A stretch of 61,672 nucleotides of DNA, filler included, from Basidiobolus ranarum (lineage: Eukaryota), in assembly GCA_040143965.1 (NCBI GenBank). It is 15 parts of 15 records of this genome, joined end to end, with 100 filler letters (N's around TTAATTAATTAA, not from the genome) between each part and the next. Parts side by side here need not be neighbours in the genome. Positions count along the whole stretch, not along the records: positions 12,383 to 16,407 come from JASJQH010009028.1; positions 16,508 to 20,529 come from JASJQH010009029.1; positions 20,630 to 24,649 come from JASJQH010009030.1; 12 more parts are not named here. One strand, 5' to 3'. A program made the translations under genes and the position numbers. Of the stretch, positions 12,383 through 23,596 are shown one piece after another (the stretch's first letter is position 1; the number at the start of each line of letters is the position of its first letter). The notes beneath the pieces are model-generated. The model had not been told where the DNA came from and searched no databases. It saw only the letters and a program-made list of their open reading frames with translations.

Positions 12383-13115
12383 TGAGTCTTTTGCGAATCA
12401 ATAATCTGTCAAATATGAGCCAAAAAGATTATGGATCATATTCAAACCGGTTGAAGAGAGAAATTCTTTAGGTATATCTTCAATATTTCTTGACGAAATA
12501 GCCAGCTTGACCTTCTTTAAATGCTCTGTTATTGTCTTTATAGCTGCCATAATCTCTTTCTCGCTTCCCTCGTTCTTCTTCATTTCGCTTTCCAGCGCTT
12601 TAATTCTTTCGTTCTTCCTTAAGAGCAAGTTAAGAAGCATTCTAACTTTGTTTCCGAATTGAAGGTTTACCTCGTTCAGATAACCAGTAACAATTTTTGC
12701 TACTTCACAAGAAGCTATCTGATGGACATACTTCATGTTGAACTGGTTCGTAAGAACAGAACTGAAAGTACTTAACCTGATACTTGAGTATTAGATCTTT
12801 TTAAACTCTTGATTCTGTGGAAACTTTCTTTTTGTCTGGCTTGTAGTTATTGAGGAGTGACAAAAGGACTTGTTTAAAAATACCAACATTAATGAAATCT
12901 TCCAAAGGAAACGCAGGATTATGTTCCAGTTTATGAGTAAAGATGTACTTCAAAAAGGAAAACATATGTGACACAAGGGTATGAACACTAGCTACAAGTA
13001 ACATGAGTAGTGAAACGTATTGTGGCTTCCACCCAATACCAGCGATTGAGCTTTTGACTGCTATAATCTTAGAGGTGGTTCTGTAAAGAGAAAAAGAGAA
13101 AGGGCGAATTGACAT
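12383..13115 (-). pseudogene. Fanzor1 (eukaryotic TnpB homologue) N-terminal half, disrupted and cut by the contig end
   Basis: Joined reading: AVKSSIAGIGWKPQY...VHTLVSHMFSFLKYIF..L...P.F.LEDFIN...FKQVLLSL...*KDLILKY..KY.QFCSYEP/NMKYVHQIASCEVAKIVTGYLNEVNLQFGNKVRMLLNLL...VKLAIS...SYLTDY*FAKDS. This is colinear with fungal (Mucorales-type) Fanzor1 N-termini as I recall them (VKTTI..W..., THTFAF.KYIF, AQQIALYE..KIQTAY.NNI..HFGNRLR, DY.F.K.SI.YD). Stops at 12801-12803 and 12398-12400, and a 1-nt frameshift near 12740. Confidence 0.8.
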
Positions 13116-16100
13116 CTTTTTTAGTTTACGGATAGAACAGTTTGTTAAGCATATACTCTCAAAGAAAACTGATGATTTACAGCAATGAAATTACACAATT
13201 TGTCTACAATTTTTCTGCCATGCATCTCAGATTTTTAGATACAAAAACTTGTCTGTCAATGCTCTCTGCAGCATGCTTAAAACACCCTAAGCCTAGCTAC
13301 TCCATTAGGCCTGGTGTAGGATGAACATAGTCAAATAGGTGTACTCGATTGAACGATCACTTAACCTTCAGTTTAACATGGTGCAGTGGTTGAACGGCAT
13401 ATATGGCTTAACAGAACACCACCTACAATGCTGACCTAGTTAATCCGACTCATCTGCTTATGGCTTATGCTGTGGTTGGAAGTTTCATGGTTCCATCGAA
13501 CCATAAATACGCAAAAGATGACTCCAAAAATACTTGAATCATTTCCCCATCATTAACAAGGAATTTAACCCAATTTTCGGATTTGTTGCAATAATTCCTA
13601 AGTGTTGAGATGACCTTCTATTTATCCCAAGCACTGCATATGGCCATTCCTGAATTAACTTTACAGTCATTGTACATGCTAGCGTGTGACATTGAGAAAT
13701 CCCAATGAAAACCAAAGTAGAGAGTAGACTTACTTGGATTCACATGTATACATCGAGCATACGGTGAATCGTCCAGATTACGCAACAATTGCCGCAGAAT
13801 ATCAAACAAATCGGTTTCTGAGCTCGTGACGCCTTCCTAATCTGAGTAGTTGCTGACGAGGTATGTTCCCGTCAGCAAAATCACACCTAACTAGTGTCTT
13901 AACTAGGCCTAAAAACCAATTGATTGCTTAATCCAGTATCAATGGTAGAGAATCGAAACATGTGGGCAAACTGGATGAAATCAGGGACCTTAGGGAGTAC
14001 AGAAAGAATAGAAAAATGATTGTGCTTACCCTGTTGAGTGTGGAACAAGTAACGTTGTTGAAGAGGACGCGGACGCGGATAGCACAAAGGAATGGTCCAG
14101 TCCTGTGTCCAATGATGAGAATCATGAGAGACAGGCAACTGGCGAGCGTAATCACTTCACTCTACCAACAATGCTCTATCTCGCAAGTGCAGTGGGATTT
14201 TTAATATGGTCCTTTGGAGATATTGATACTATTGTAGAGAGCAGTGCTTAGTAGTACAAATACTAATTCAGAAATTCCAGTATTGTTTTGAAGCAAAGCC
14301 CATTTTCAGCTGCAGCTGGAAAAGTCATTTGTTGTAATATGTCGGTCAATAGGCAAGCGATCTATTTGGTCACCACATACATCTAGAATCAAGCCAATGA
14401 ATACCCGATTCACTAAATATTACGAATCTCGTAAAACTCCCATTCATCTAAATGAATCAAAGTGCGAAATCATCTGCAGAGGTGGGAAAAAGCTGCTATT
14501 TAGGGACCAATTCTAGGTTCATATGATAGATCACCCTGATATAAGCTGCTGCCCCTCTATCATATGGTTGCAATGCAGGTATCGCCTAATTATTTGCACC
14601 ATTAACTGTTTGTGATGTTCTTTCTCGAGAATACCTTGATGATGAGTGTCATCAACGTGAGAACAAACAGAATGCTAATCCGATCTATATATGTTGGATT
14701 CTTTAAACGAGGTAAAAGATGACCCAGTCTAGCTGTTCGATGAGAGACAAAAGGTGAACTCACCCTCATATCTCTTCGTGTTATCTTTTTTGTCTAGATT
14801 TTACCTGATACTCACCTGCCAATCCTCTACGTATATTCCACAATTGATTTCGAAATAGAGGGGACAATAACTGGTAGCTGTACTGGTTTAGGAGGACTTA
14901 CAAAACGCTGTGAATAGTCATTGGTTTTTCTGGAGTCGCACATTTTCAAAGTGCACTGCAGGTAAAGATTGGATATCCTTTCTGACTAAAAGCCTCTGTA
15001 CATCCACCATAGCCTGTATACATCATACTTGGCTTCATTCTACTGCATGATACTTGATAACTCTATATCTGGAAAGGGAACTCATTGACATGCTTCCGCT
15101 CTCTTCAACAGAAAAAAGAAGCTCTACATGAGAAAGACCGAGGTTGTATATATGACTCGCATGTGAACTCAATCAGTTTATCTTGCAGATAGGTCACTTG
15201 AAGCCCCAATGAAGGAAAGTCCACCAACAATGACAACGAGTACTTGCAGCGTGTGAAACGCAGTATATACATAACTGACCGGGCAGGGCTTGTCTTGATC
15301 CCAGTAGCTTCGGATTTGTCGGTGAATCTAATCATAATCTCAGCTGATTACAAAATTAGCTAGCTTCTTTGAAATAGTGGGAAGAGTCACAATATCCCTA
15401 AATATCATGTACCTCCATGTGTACCGCCATACTTGCATAGAAATTAAACAAAATGAGTGTGATAAGTGAAATTACTGGAACACCACCTCTACGATCCAGA
15501 ATTCGCCTCGTGCTAAGTAACATCTCTGGAACAGCGTTTATATCTTGGCCCGATATCGAGCTGTAGCTCCTTTTTGTACCTTGATATGAAACAAAGATCT
15601 CTCAGATGTTTCAGCAGAATAAGGCAACCGAAGATCAAATACTTGAAAAGCATGACTTTCTGGGTTATGCCACTGCTATTCCTCGTCAGGCATGAAGTCG
15701 AACTGTATTGGCACCCAACTCAAATATACAGTGATTGGGAAATCCGAGCCACGCCATTGCTGTAGACTACTCGTAACAACCCCGACATATTTTGGGGTGA
15801 CGGAAATTACATGTAATGGATGGGAAAGTTTGCTAGGTTGGACTGAAGCACACCAATTAGATCACAGACACCATTTGAATGCTTCTGCAATCTCCATTTA
15901 ATTGGTGAGGCGTATATTTTAGAAGTAGGGACAACCTTGGGCTTGTTATAAAAGGATCCTCCACCGTTGGGTGATGTATGAGCTCCTCTTGATGATGAAC
16001 CATTGAAGCCGAGCTGGCCATTACTCAGAGTTTCTCTTGATCCAACCAACATCCCAATATTCATTGCTTTCCACCGTCTGGGTCGTCGCATTCACAAAAC

Positions 16101-16173
16101 CTCCTAGTTGATCCTGAATTAATCTACTTTATAAACACACACTCATCACCACACAACTGGACTCTCTAGCGCC

Positions 16174-16407
16174 ATGTCTCCCTCAAGTATATTAGAGGAT
16201 CAGTCCAAGTCCCCCGATTTTTATAGTTTCTCTACTCCAGTTTCTCGATGTGCCTCCCCCTTCTCTGACGAGGAGGAGGGTGACGAGACGTGCTCCGATC
16301 AAGGCTGTGCATCCCCCAATGAAAAATCCATGTTCTTGAATTTCACCTCGGACCTCAACCCTCAAAATTCCATAAAAAAGCAGAAGAACAAGAAGTCCTC
16401 CACATAC
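16174..16407 (+). CDS. 5' end of a gene cut by the contig end (acidic/Ser-rich N-terminus, possibly a transcription factor)
   Basis: ATG in GCCATG context, TATAAA at about 16130, and the frame is open to the contig end. Confidence 0.6.
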
Positions 16408-16783
16408 NNNNNNNNNNNNNNNNNNNNNNNNNNNNNNNNNNNNNNNNNNNNTTAATTAATTAANNNNNNNNNNNNNNNNNNNNNNNNNNNNNNNNNNNNN
16501 NNNNNNNCAAGATTTTTCCTTACCATCAATGTACCCAACCCCCTCTATCGATTTTTATTTGACCCACTGGAACTCACGGGAACATAGATAAAAATTTCAA
16601 AACGTTAAAATAAACTTGAACGTCTCCAACTAAATACTTTTCTCCTGTTATTCCTTATTTCTGTTAACTTTCTTCTAGATATCACTTTGAGAACCTGTTC
16701 TTGATTTGTGTTGATAAATTCCTCCTTTTTTATTAGAGATCCTCACTTTTGACTACCTTAAACAGTTTCCATATATACTAGTG

Positions 16784-17621
16784 ATGACTACTTTAGTATC
16801 TCCTGCCTCAACGCCCACCACTGGACTTAAAGTTAAATTGCGACTTTCGAATCCCAAAAGTCCTTCCATCTCTTCATCCGTACCTCAAACAGATTCTTCT
16901 CCTGAGGTTCTTGAACAAGCCGGAGAAGAACACAAAGATAATCTGGACTCAACTTTCGATAGCACACCTACTAAGAAACCTCGTTATAATGAGTATGCTC
17001 CAATGCCTTGAATACAAATTAGATCTTTACAAAGGCTAACTTTCCTTCTAACAGCTCTGAGCCAAATCACGTCGAGGTTCCTTTTTCTGAAAGTAAGTAA
17101 CTTCTTTCACTTGTAACGTTCAAGAAAATACTTTCAGTTTACAAATATCAGAGTTAACTCTTTATTATCGTACCAGCTATTACTAATACCCCAAATGATA
17201 CTAAACGTGAGGGAGTGGAAATGCCACGAAAATGGCAGAAACGTTCTTTGGTAATTCGTACCTTGACAGGGGAGGTATCCTTTACTTCGTGGCGTCCAGG
17301 TAAACTAGACTTCTGTAAATCCTACTATATTTGAATGTGTCTTTAACCAGGGTTTCTTATAATTTAGATGGCCCGCCTTTGCTTAAGCGCCCTGCAACTA
17401 TTGAAAAGTTCAACTCCCCACACCCTATAGCTGACTCTACTCGTCCGGTACCCTGTGTTTATCCTGGATGTAATCGTAACTTTACTGACCAAAGTGGCCT
17501 AACTAAGCATATGATAGTTCACGGACCTAAAACCTTTTTCTGTGGTCTGGATGGATGTGCAAAGAGCTTTGCCGATCGTACACGATTAAGAAGACATCAG
17601 AGAGGTGTTCATGGGCAGTAA
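16784..17621 (+). CDS. YY1/Pho/Iec1-like C2H2 zinc-finger protein with a REPO (2W-hairpin) motif; 4 exons, 207 aa
   Basis: Exons 16784-16992, 17055-17092, 17177-17299 and 17368-17621, with GT-AG introns in consistent phase. Exon 3 encodes RKWQKRSLVIRTLTGEVSFTSW (YY1: [22 protein letters not shown]). Exon 4 encodes two C2H2 fingers joined by the YY1-type HGP linker. Confidence 0.85.
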
Positions 17622-18290
17622 AGATCATTGTTGAATAATTCGTTTGCGCCACTAGACTATCTTGAACTCTTTTACCTTATGAAGCAATGTGGTCATTATT
17701 TTGTTGGAGAATTGTATTCTTTACGAATTCGCGTCTTTTCAGAATTCATCTGTACAATTTTTATGAGATTATATTAGTCATTTGATATAGATAATCACTT
17801 CGTCACTTCCAGATTTGTTTTTTGTAGATAGTCGCCGACCAGAGTTCATCCCTCGTCACTTGTTAGCTCTGACATCTCTCAGCTGTATATGATTACATGC
17901 TGATTACTTCTAACCTCTCCCTTTCTCTTCCCCTTCACTATTGAATAAATTAATAAACATCGAACATTTGATTTACCAGGGCTTCTTGTCAGTACTTAGA
18001 TTCATTGAGGTGTTGCTTAGTGATTAAAAAAAAAATTGTCATTGGTTTTTTTTCTCGGAATTCTATACATTATCCTAAACATAATTATTGACCGCTATTT
18101 ATCGGGTTTTCATTTCACCCTATTTTAGTTCTATCTCATCGTTTCGAATTGACTGGATATCTGTTGTCACAGTCACATTATCCAAGTGGTAAAGAGATTT
18201 ATTCAAAAATGGCCTGCAGTTGTGAAACGTAGTTAACATCTGAAGGAATGATTAATGTTGTGACATGGCCTAGAAACCCACTTCACCGTA

Positions 18291-19085
18291 CTATATTTCG
18301 GGGTTTAGTATCTTGGATCTAACGGCAATCTCAACAAAGTTGGCCACAGTTGGTCCTAAGAGGGCTTCGTCGGGTCTTTTAAAGTCTTTTGGCAGTCGCT
18401 CATGAGCAAATACATCCATCACCGCTTCTTTGGAGACCTTTCTGTCTTTACCAAAGACATCCACGAATATACCCATTTCGAATTGTATGATGGCCTTTAG
18501 TCTGGGAGTATAAGTAACATTGGGATTGTTTTTCAAACTGTGTAGGATGCGCTTATTACTTAGTCTGGCAAAATCCTCCAACGTAAATGTATTCCCATCA
18601 CTCGCAGAATTCTCCAGTTGTCGAAGCAGCTCTGGGTCAGCATTTACCGGATCCCCTAGGTTAGTATCTTTACGTGATAGTGAAAAATCGTGCTCTATTA
18701 AGTTATGAACTCTCAGGTCTTGGAGACTTGGTATAACCATGCTTGAGTCTGTATATTCGCCTATATGACTATAAAATACTGCCACTAACACATCGCGAGG
18801 AAGAGGGTGCACATTTAATGAATCTTCCAAGCCCTGTCGTAATTGATAAATGGTAATATTCCTCCCAGAGCGTGGAAGGTAGCCATGGTTAGATAGTGTA
18901 TTCAAGACAGGACATGGCCCCCGAATGGCATTCCTCGGCTTTTCCCAGTGGTGATCCTCTATTGCTAGTCCATCTTCGAGATCTAGAGTAGCCGATACCA
19001 GCTGACCTGACAAGCAAATAAGTAATAAGCAAGCAAGGGAAAAACTCAGGCGATGTACGAGTAATTCTTTAAGCGTGTACCACAT
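18291..19085 (-). CDS. Heme-thiolate peroxidase / short unspecific peroxygenase (Peroxidase_2 family), intronless, probably secreted
   Basis: RGPCPVLNTLSNHGYLPRSG (PCP heme ligand), IEHDFSLSRKD (EHD-S-S) and a hydrophobic N-terminal segment. First ATG at 19085. Confidence 0.92.
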   Translation of the reverse strand: MWYTLKELLVHRLSFSLACLLLICLSGQLVSATLDLEDGLAIEDHHWEKPRNAIRGPCPVLNTLSNHGYLPRSGRNITIYQLRQGLEDSLNVHPLPRDVLVAVFYSHIGEYTDSSMVIPSLQDLRVHNLIEHDFSLSRKDTNLGDPVNADPELLRQLENSASDGNTFTLEDFARLSNKRILHSLKNNPNVTYTPRLKAIIQFEMGIFVDVFGKDRKVSKEAVMDVFAHERLPKDFKRPDEALLGPTVANFVEIAVRSKILNPEI

Positions 19086-20370
19086 GACGGAGGCAAGTAA
19101 CAATCAATGGAAGACTCTTTTGCCGACCTGAGTTGTGATCACCTCTACCTTAGTTTATAGTTATATATCCATTGTTTCAATTCCATTTCCTCTATTGCTT
19201 TGTTTCGGATACTTCTTCAGATCCATCAAACTATGTTTCCACATTAGACAGGTCAGATACCATTCCTTCGTAACTAGTTTCAGCTTAAAGGTTGGAATCC
19301 CTGCATATAACACAGTTCTACTCTGAATCGCGATCCTCAATGAGGATTATCTATATGGGTAGTGGATGGATTAATTGAGCTTCACCGTACTAAATGAATC
19401 AACAATGTATTTGGTTTTATGCTTTAATCAGGCATTGTTGTCATACTCACCAACGGATCCTAGAATACTTTGTTTGGCCTTTGTCGGATTGATCAAGGTC
19501 CGTACAGATATGTACAAACCCTCCTTAAATCATCCATTCTACTACCTTCTGCAATTGTAAGCTATCTCTTAAGTCACTGCCATTAGACAGATCTCCATGC
19601 TGATGGCTATTTGGCCATCTTGCTCAATTCTTGGATTGATTTTGGTTATTTAAACTGCATCAATGTACTGGCTATCTAAAGCTCACAAGGCCATTGTTTT
19701 ACAGCTTCCTTTGGTGGCATATCTCTATTTCACCTTTCACTGCCTTCTTATTAATCAGATAGTAGCCCATTTAATTAGAGTCTAATCAGAATTGGGTTTA
19801 TCGCTGAAGATCAAACACAGACCAATGTACAAATAATCTCGTTGCAAACAATCGAGATTTGTTTCACGATTACATGATATTTGAGATAAACTGAAGCAAC
19901 ATGCAGTGTGTATTTATTGTTCTGTTGAATTGAAGACTAATATATTGATATTCCGTATTGCAAATGAAATGATAAGATGCATGATTGTGGTTCTGGAATG
20001 TGAAAGAAGCTGGGGAAAGTGTTTGGTAAGTTTCCGAGCAGGTTTGAAGGTTTTGGTTTGATTCCAAATTTCAGAGATTTTGCCATGACCATGCTTATTC
20101 TTACGATCAAACAAATAGTCTAGGCATGATATCAGTTAAAACATTGGAATTGTATACCTGACTATTCATAGAGCATATTTGGTAAAAACCACACTGCTTA
20201 CTTGAGTATCTCATAAGCCAAAACCATAATATACATTTTGTATATCTCCAAAACCATGAGAACTGACCAGGCTTGCTGAAACATCAGAGCTAGCTACCTA
20301 AATATTCATATAGCACATATTTCTTCCAACCATATTGAACATTTTCTATTTCATCCCAAATACTTGAAAA

Positions 20371-20529
20371 TGTTAAAGTGTTTGGGAGCCTGTCGGAAGT
20401 GGTTTGGAGAATTAGAGAAATTGGTGGTTTTCACTTATTGATTTATTGAGTATTCAGTTGACATTTATAGTTTTGTCAAGATGTAAACAAACTAACGTGT
20501 AGAATATGTTAAGGAAGGTCCCAGGAACA
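20371..20529 (-). repeat. Copia LTR family A, 3' part
   Basis: Minus strand ends ...GGCTCCCAAACACTTTAACA and matches 6853-7010. Confidence 0.85.
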
Positions 20530-20783
20530 NNNNNNNNNNNNNNNNNNNNNNNNNNNNNNNNNNNNNNNNNNNNTTAATTAATTAANNNNNNNNNNNNNNN
20601 NNNNNNNNNNNNNNNNNNNNNNNNNNNNNAAACATCATGCATGCCTTTTTTTGAAAGCTCCGAAAAGTTAGCCAGACAAGTTTAAGTAATATAGGTTATT
20701 TCCAACCTCAACTAACTTCTCCCCAATTGCTTTAGCATGCACCAAAGTGATCTTCCTAGTGTGTATAAAAGATTTATCAGTGT

Positions 20784-20856
20784 TGGAGATCCAGGGTATC
20801 GATCCCTGTGCCTCTCGCATGCAAAGCGAGCGCTCTACCATTTGAGCTAGAACCCC
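20784..20856 (-). tRNA. tRNA-Ala(UGC)
   Basis: GGGGTTCTAGCTCAAATGGTAGAGCGCTCGCTTTGCATGCGAGAGGCACAGGGATCGATACCCTGGATCTCCA; full cloverleaf with the G3:U70 pair. Confidence 0.96.
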
Positions 20857-21051
20857 ATGAGATGAAAGGGAAATGTCTAGAAGAAAAAACTTCTTGTATC
20901 GTGAAAAACGTCTTTCTCCATTAAAGGCCAAAAACGTTGGGTGTGTTCATATCACAAACTGTCAGATCTACGTGGATTTCTCTGGTCAATGAATTTCCCC
21001 GCTCTACCATAGGTATTCACATATCCTGCCCGAAAAGGTGGGAAATAAAAA

Positions 21052-21124
21052 TGGTTCCAGTGGGGATCGAACCCACGACCTTCTGCGTGTAAAGCAGATG
21101 TGATAACCACTACACAATGGAACC
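21052..21124 (-). tRNA. tRNA-Val(UAC)
   Basis: GGTTCCATTGTGTAGTGGTTATCACATCTGCTTTACACGCAGAAGGTCGTGGGTTCGATCCCCACTGGAACCA followed by a T-run terminator. Confidence 0.96.
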
Positions 21125-21528
21125 GGCTTATACTACTCTTCTATTTACATATTAGTAGTGGACCATTTGATAATTGACAGTAGATCGGTAGACTAAGCCA
21201 TTCATACATATGGATATCACCATGCCAGATTCAGCATACAAGTATATCAATGTCAATGTCAAAGAATCGAGTAGAGCAAAAGAAACAAAAAATGACAGTG
21301 AGGATACTTAGTCCGGATGGTATTTAGTCAAAAATAGTCAACCTAACTTTAACATAGATTCCTAATGATACTATATCACTGTACTGTAGTGGTTTCTTGT
21401 CGAATTTAAAGTAGGGATGGGATGTAGCATACTTCAAATATCTCAACAGAGAGCCGACTTATATGCATCCAATACCTAGAATGCCTTTCCAAACTAACTA
21501 AAAGTGAAGAGATGATTTTTGAAAAATT

Positions 21529-21610
21529 CGTCGGCCACAGGATTTGAACCTGTGCGGGCATAGCCCAATAGATTTCAAGTCTATCTCCTTAACCACTCGG
21601 ACAGACCGAC
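21529..21610 (-). tRNA. tRNA-Ser(UGA)
   Basis: GTCGGTCTGTCCGAGTGGTTAAGGAGATAGACTTGAAATCTATTGGGCTATGCCCGCACAGGTTCAAATCCTGTGGCCGACG; long variable arm, G73. Confidence 0.96.
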
Positions 21611-21802
21611 ATTTTGTTTCTGGAACCGCTGGATCAAGAGGTAACAATCCAAACTTTGCTATGCCTAAAGAAGCATTTATGCTTCCATCACTCACCGATA
21701 TGTATTCCATTCAATGGGGTTCCACTTACCCAATTTCACTATTTGGCGATCAACTGTCAGCAAGGCTTGGAGCATCTCAGAAAAATTAAAAAATCAAAAG
21801 CA

Positions 21803-21874
21803 TGCCTGCAGGCGGGTTTGAACCACCGACCTTCAGTTTACAAGACTGACGCACTACCACTGTGCTATACAGGC
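21803..21874 (-). tRNA. tRNA-Thr(UGU)
   Basis: GCCTGTATAGCACAGTGGTAGTGCGTCAGTCTTGTAAACTGAAGGTCGGTGGTTCAAACCCGCCTGCAGGCA followed by T-runs. Confidence 0.95.
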
Positions 21875-22300
21875 TATCTTCTATATCTCTTGCTTCCTAC
21901 TTAGTTTATCAAAAAATATTGGTATCCTATCTCCGAAGTGAAGGGCCCATCCATTTCTGGAATGTTAGGCTGGATGGATTTATTAATTGAGCAACTTGCT
22001 TCAGCTACGGTTCCCCCACTTCACTACTGTAAAGAGGAAATTCAATCAACCATCAAAAATGATATACTAAGCAATCATTTCAAAGTTATATCTCAACACA
22101 TTGCATTCTTGTTATTGCGTTGTATTGTGAGTTTTCACCTACACACTTACTCTCATGAATTCTTTTGACATGGGTTACGATGAAAGCAGCATAGCTACTC
22201 TCATCTCCCTGAGCTTTCTTTCCCTTACTGGCCAGTCACGGAATCTCCATTCAAATGTGAGCTATGCTCATGTACTATGTATGCTGAGAAAAGATAAAAT

Positions 22301-22373
22301 TGCTTTCGCTCGGGTTCGAACCGAGGACCTTGTCCGTGTGAAGGACACGTGATAACCACTACACTACGAAAGC
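22301..22373 (-). tRNA. tRNA-Val(CAC)
   Basis: GCTTTCGTAGTGTAGTGGTTATCACGTGTCCTTCACACGGACAAGGTCCTCGGTTCGAACCCGAGCGAAAGCA. Confidence 0.96.
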
Positions 22374-22851
22374 TAATTATAATTCATGCTGCACTCGTAT
22401 TTCTATACCATTTTATTTATAATGAAATCATCTGAGAAAAGACCTACAACAGCTGCTCAACCGTAAGCAGGTAATTTATTTCATCCAGTGCTTTTTTGTC
22501 TCCGAATATATGGGTTAGGGGATGTGGTTTCTATTTCTTACCAAGCAAAGCTCCTTGCAAAGTGGATAACAACAATCTAGCACCTTTAGGTGAGTGTGCA
22601 TACATGCTCGAAGAGAAGAGAAAGAAGTATCGTAGCCCCTACTTCTCTTTGTGGAAGATTGGGGTTAGGTGAGAGGTTGAATATTCAGGGAAAGAAAGAC
22701 AAAGTAGATGTATTTTTGCATTATGCAAAAAGGGACTTATTACTGAGGCTCCTAATAGCTTGCTTTTACCAATCACAACAGCTAGTGACGAGCATCAAAT
22801 CATCGTACTCAAATCAGTAAAATTTCATTTCTTAATAAGCAAGTCTATAAA

Positions 22852-22922
22852 GCCATTGTAGTATAGTGGCAGTACATCGCGTTGTGGCCGCGTCGACCTC
22901 GGTTCGATTCCGAGCAATGGCA
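22852..22922 (+). tRNA. tRNA-His(GUG)
   Basis: GCCATTGTAGTATAGTGGCAGTACATCGCGTTGTGGCCGCGTCGACCTCGGTTCGATTCCGAGCAATGGCA followed by a T8 terminator. Confidence 0.95.
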
Positions 22923-23109
22923 TACTTTTTTTTCATCTCACACCTCTGCAATTGGTAGTCGCTTAGTATTGGTAGATTGGCTCAAACTTTGTCCATTGTA
23001 AAGGCCATTAGAAAAGGGACTTTTAAGGATTATTAGTTTCCTTTTAAAAATGTTCATATTAGAATGGATTTGAGTAAGATTATGTTGTGTTAATGGTAAT
23101 ACAGAGCAC

Positions 23110-23181
23110 GGTTTCGTGGTGTAATGGTTAGCACCCAAGACTCTGAATCTTGTAATCCGAGTTCGATTCTCGGCGAGACCT
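23110..23181 (+). tRNA. tRNA-Gln(CUG)
   Basis: GGTTTCGTGGTGTAATGGTTAGCACCCAAGACTCTGAATCTTGTAATCCGAGTTCGATTCTCGGCGAGACCT followed by T5. Confidence 0.96.
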
Positions 23182-23596
23182 CTTTTTGCTTTCATTTTAA
23201 TTTCTCATTCAATAGGGATCAACTCCCAACTTATTTTCACTAGTTATCGCCAGCAAAGTCTTTCTCCCAATGAGGATTTGCAGTATATTTGTTAGGTAGT
23301 CATATCAGATAGGCCTTGTTGTTTTTTACGTAACTGTTATATTACTGCTTTCAGAAGGTTCGAATTTTAGTAAATCAGTTTCTTTTTACATATGGGAAAG
23401 TAAATGTTAGATATTTCCAAGACTTTAAATGCGAGAGAAGAAAATAACGCACAACTCTGATGAACTTGGAGTTGCCTAGGCCATATCGGTTCTCTCTCTC
23501 TCCACCTCTCATTGACAGCTTTGAGGAACTGATCTACAATGATTGTGCTATGCTATTATAGATTCAAATATTTTAGAATACTTTTTGTACCATTAA

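Noticed and set aside
1-13115. Harbinger/ISL2EU-like transposase as the carrier of the Fanzor
   Set aside because: They are on different contigs with no shared ends, so linkage cannot be inferred.
16174-16407. Assignment as a bHLH transcription factor (KKSSTY recalls the lead-in of a zygomycete bHLH family)
   Set aside because: The domain itself lies beyond the contig end, so the assignment cannot be supported from this sequence.
21529-21610. Selenocysteine or opal-suppressor tRNA
   Set aside because: The anticodon is UGA (reads UCA, Ser), not UCA, and the acceptor stem is a normal 7 bp.
23450-23480. Hammerhead ribozyme core (CTGATGA)
   Set aside because: There is no matching GAAA and three-stem junction, only a simple hairpin.
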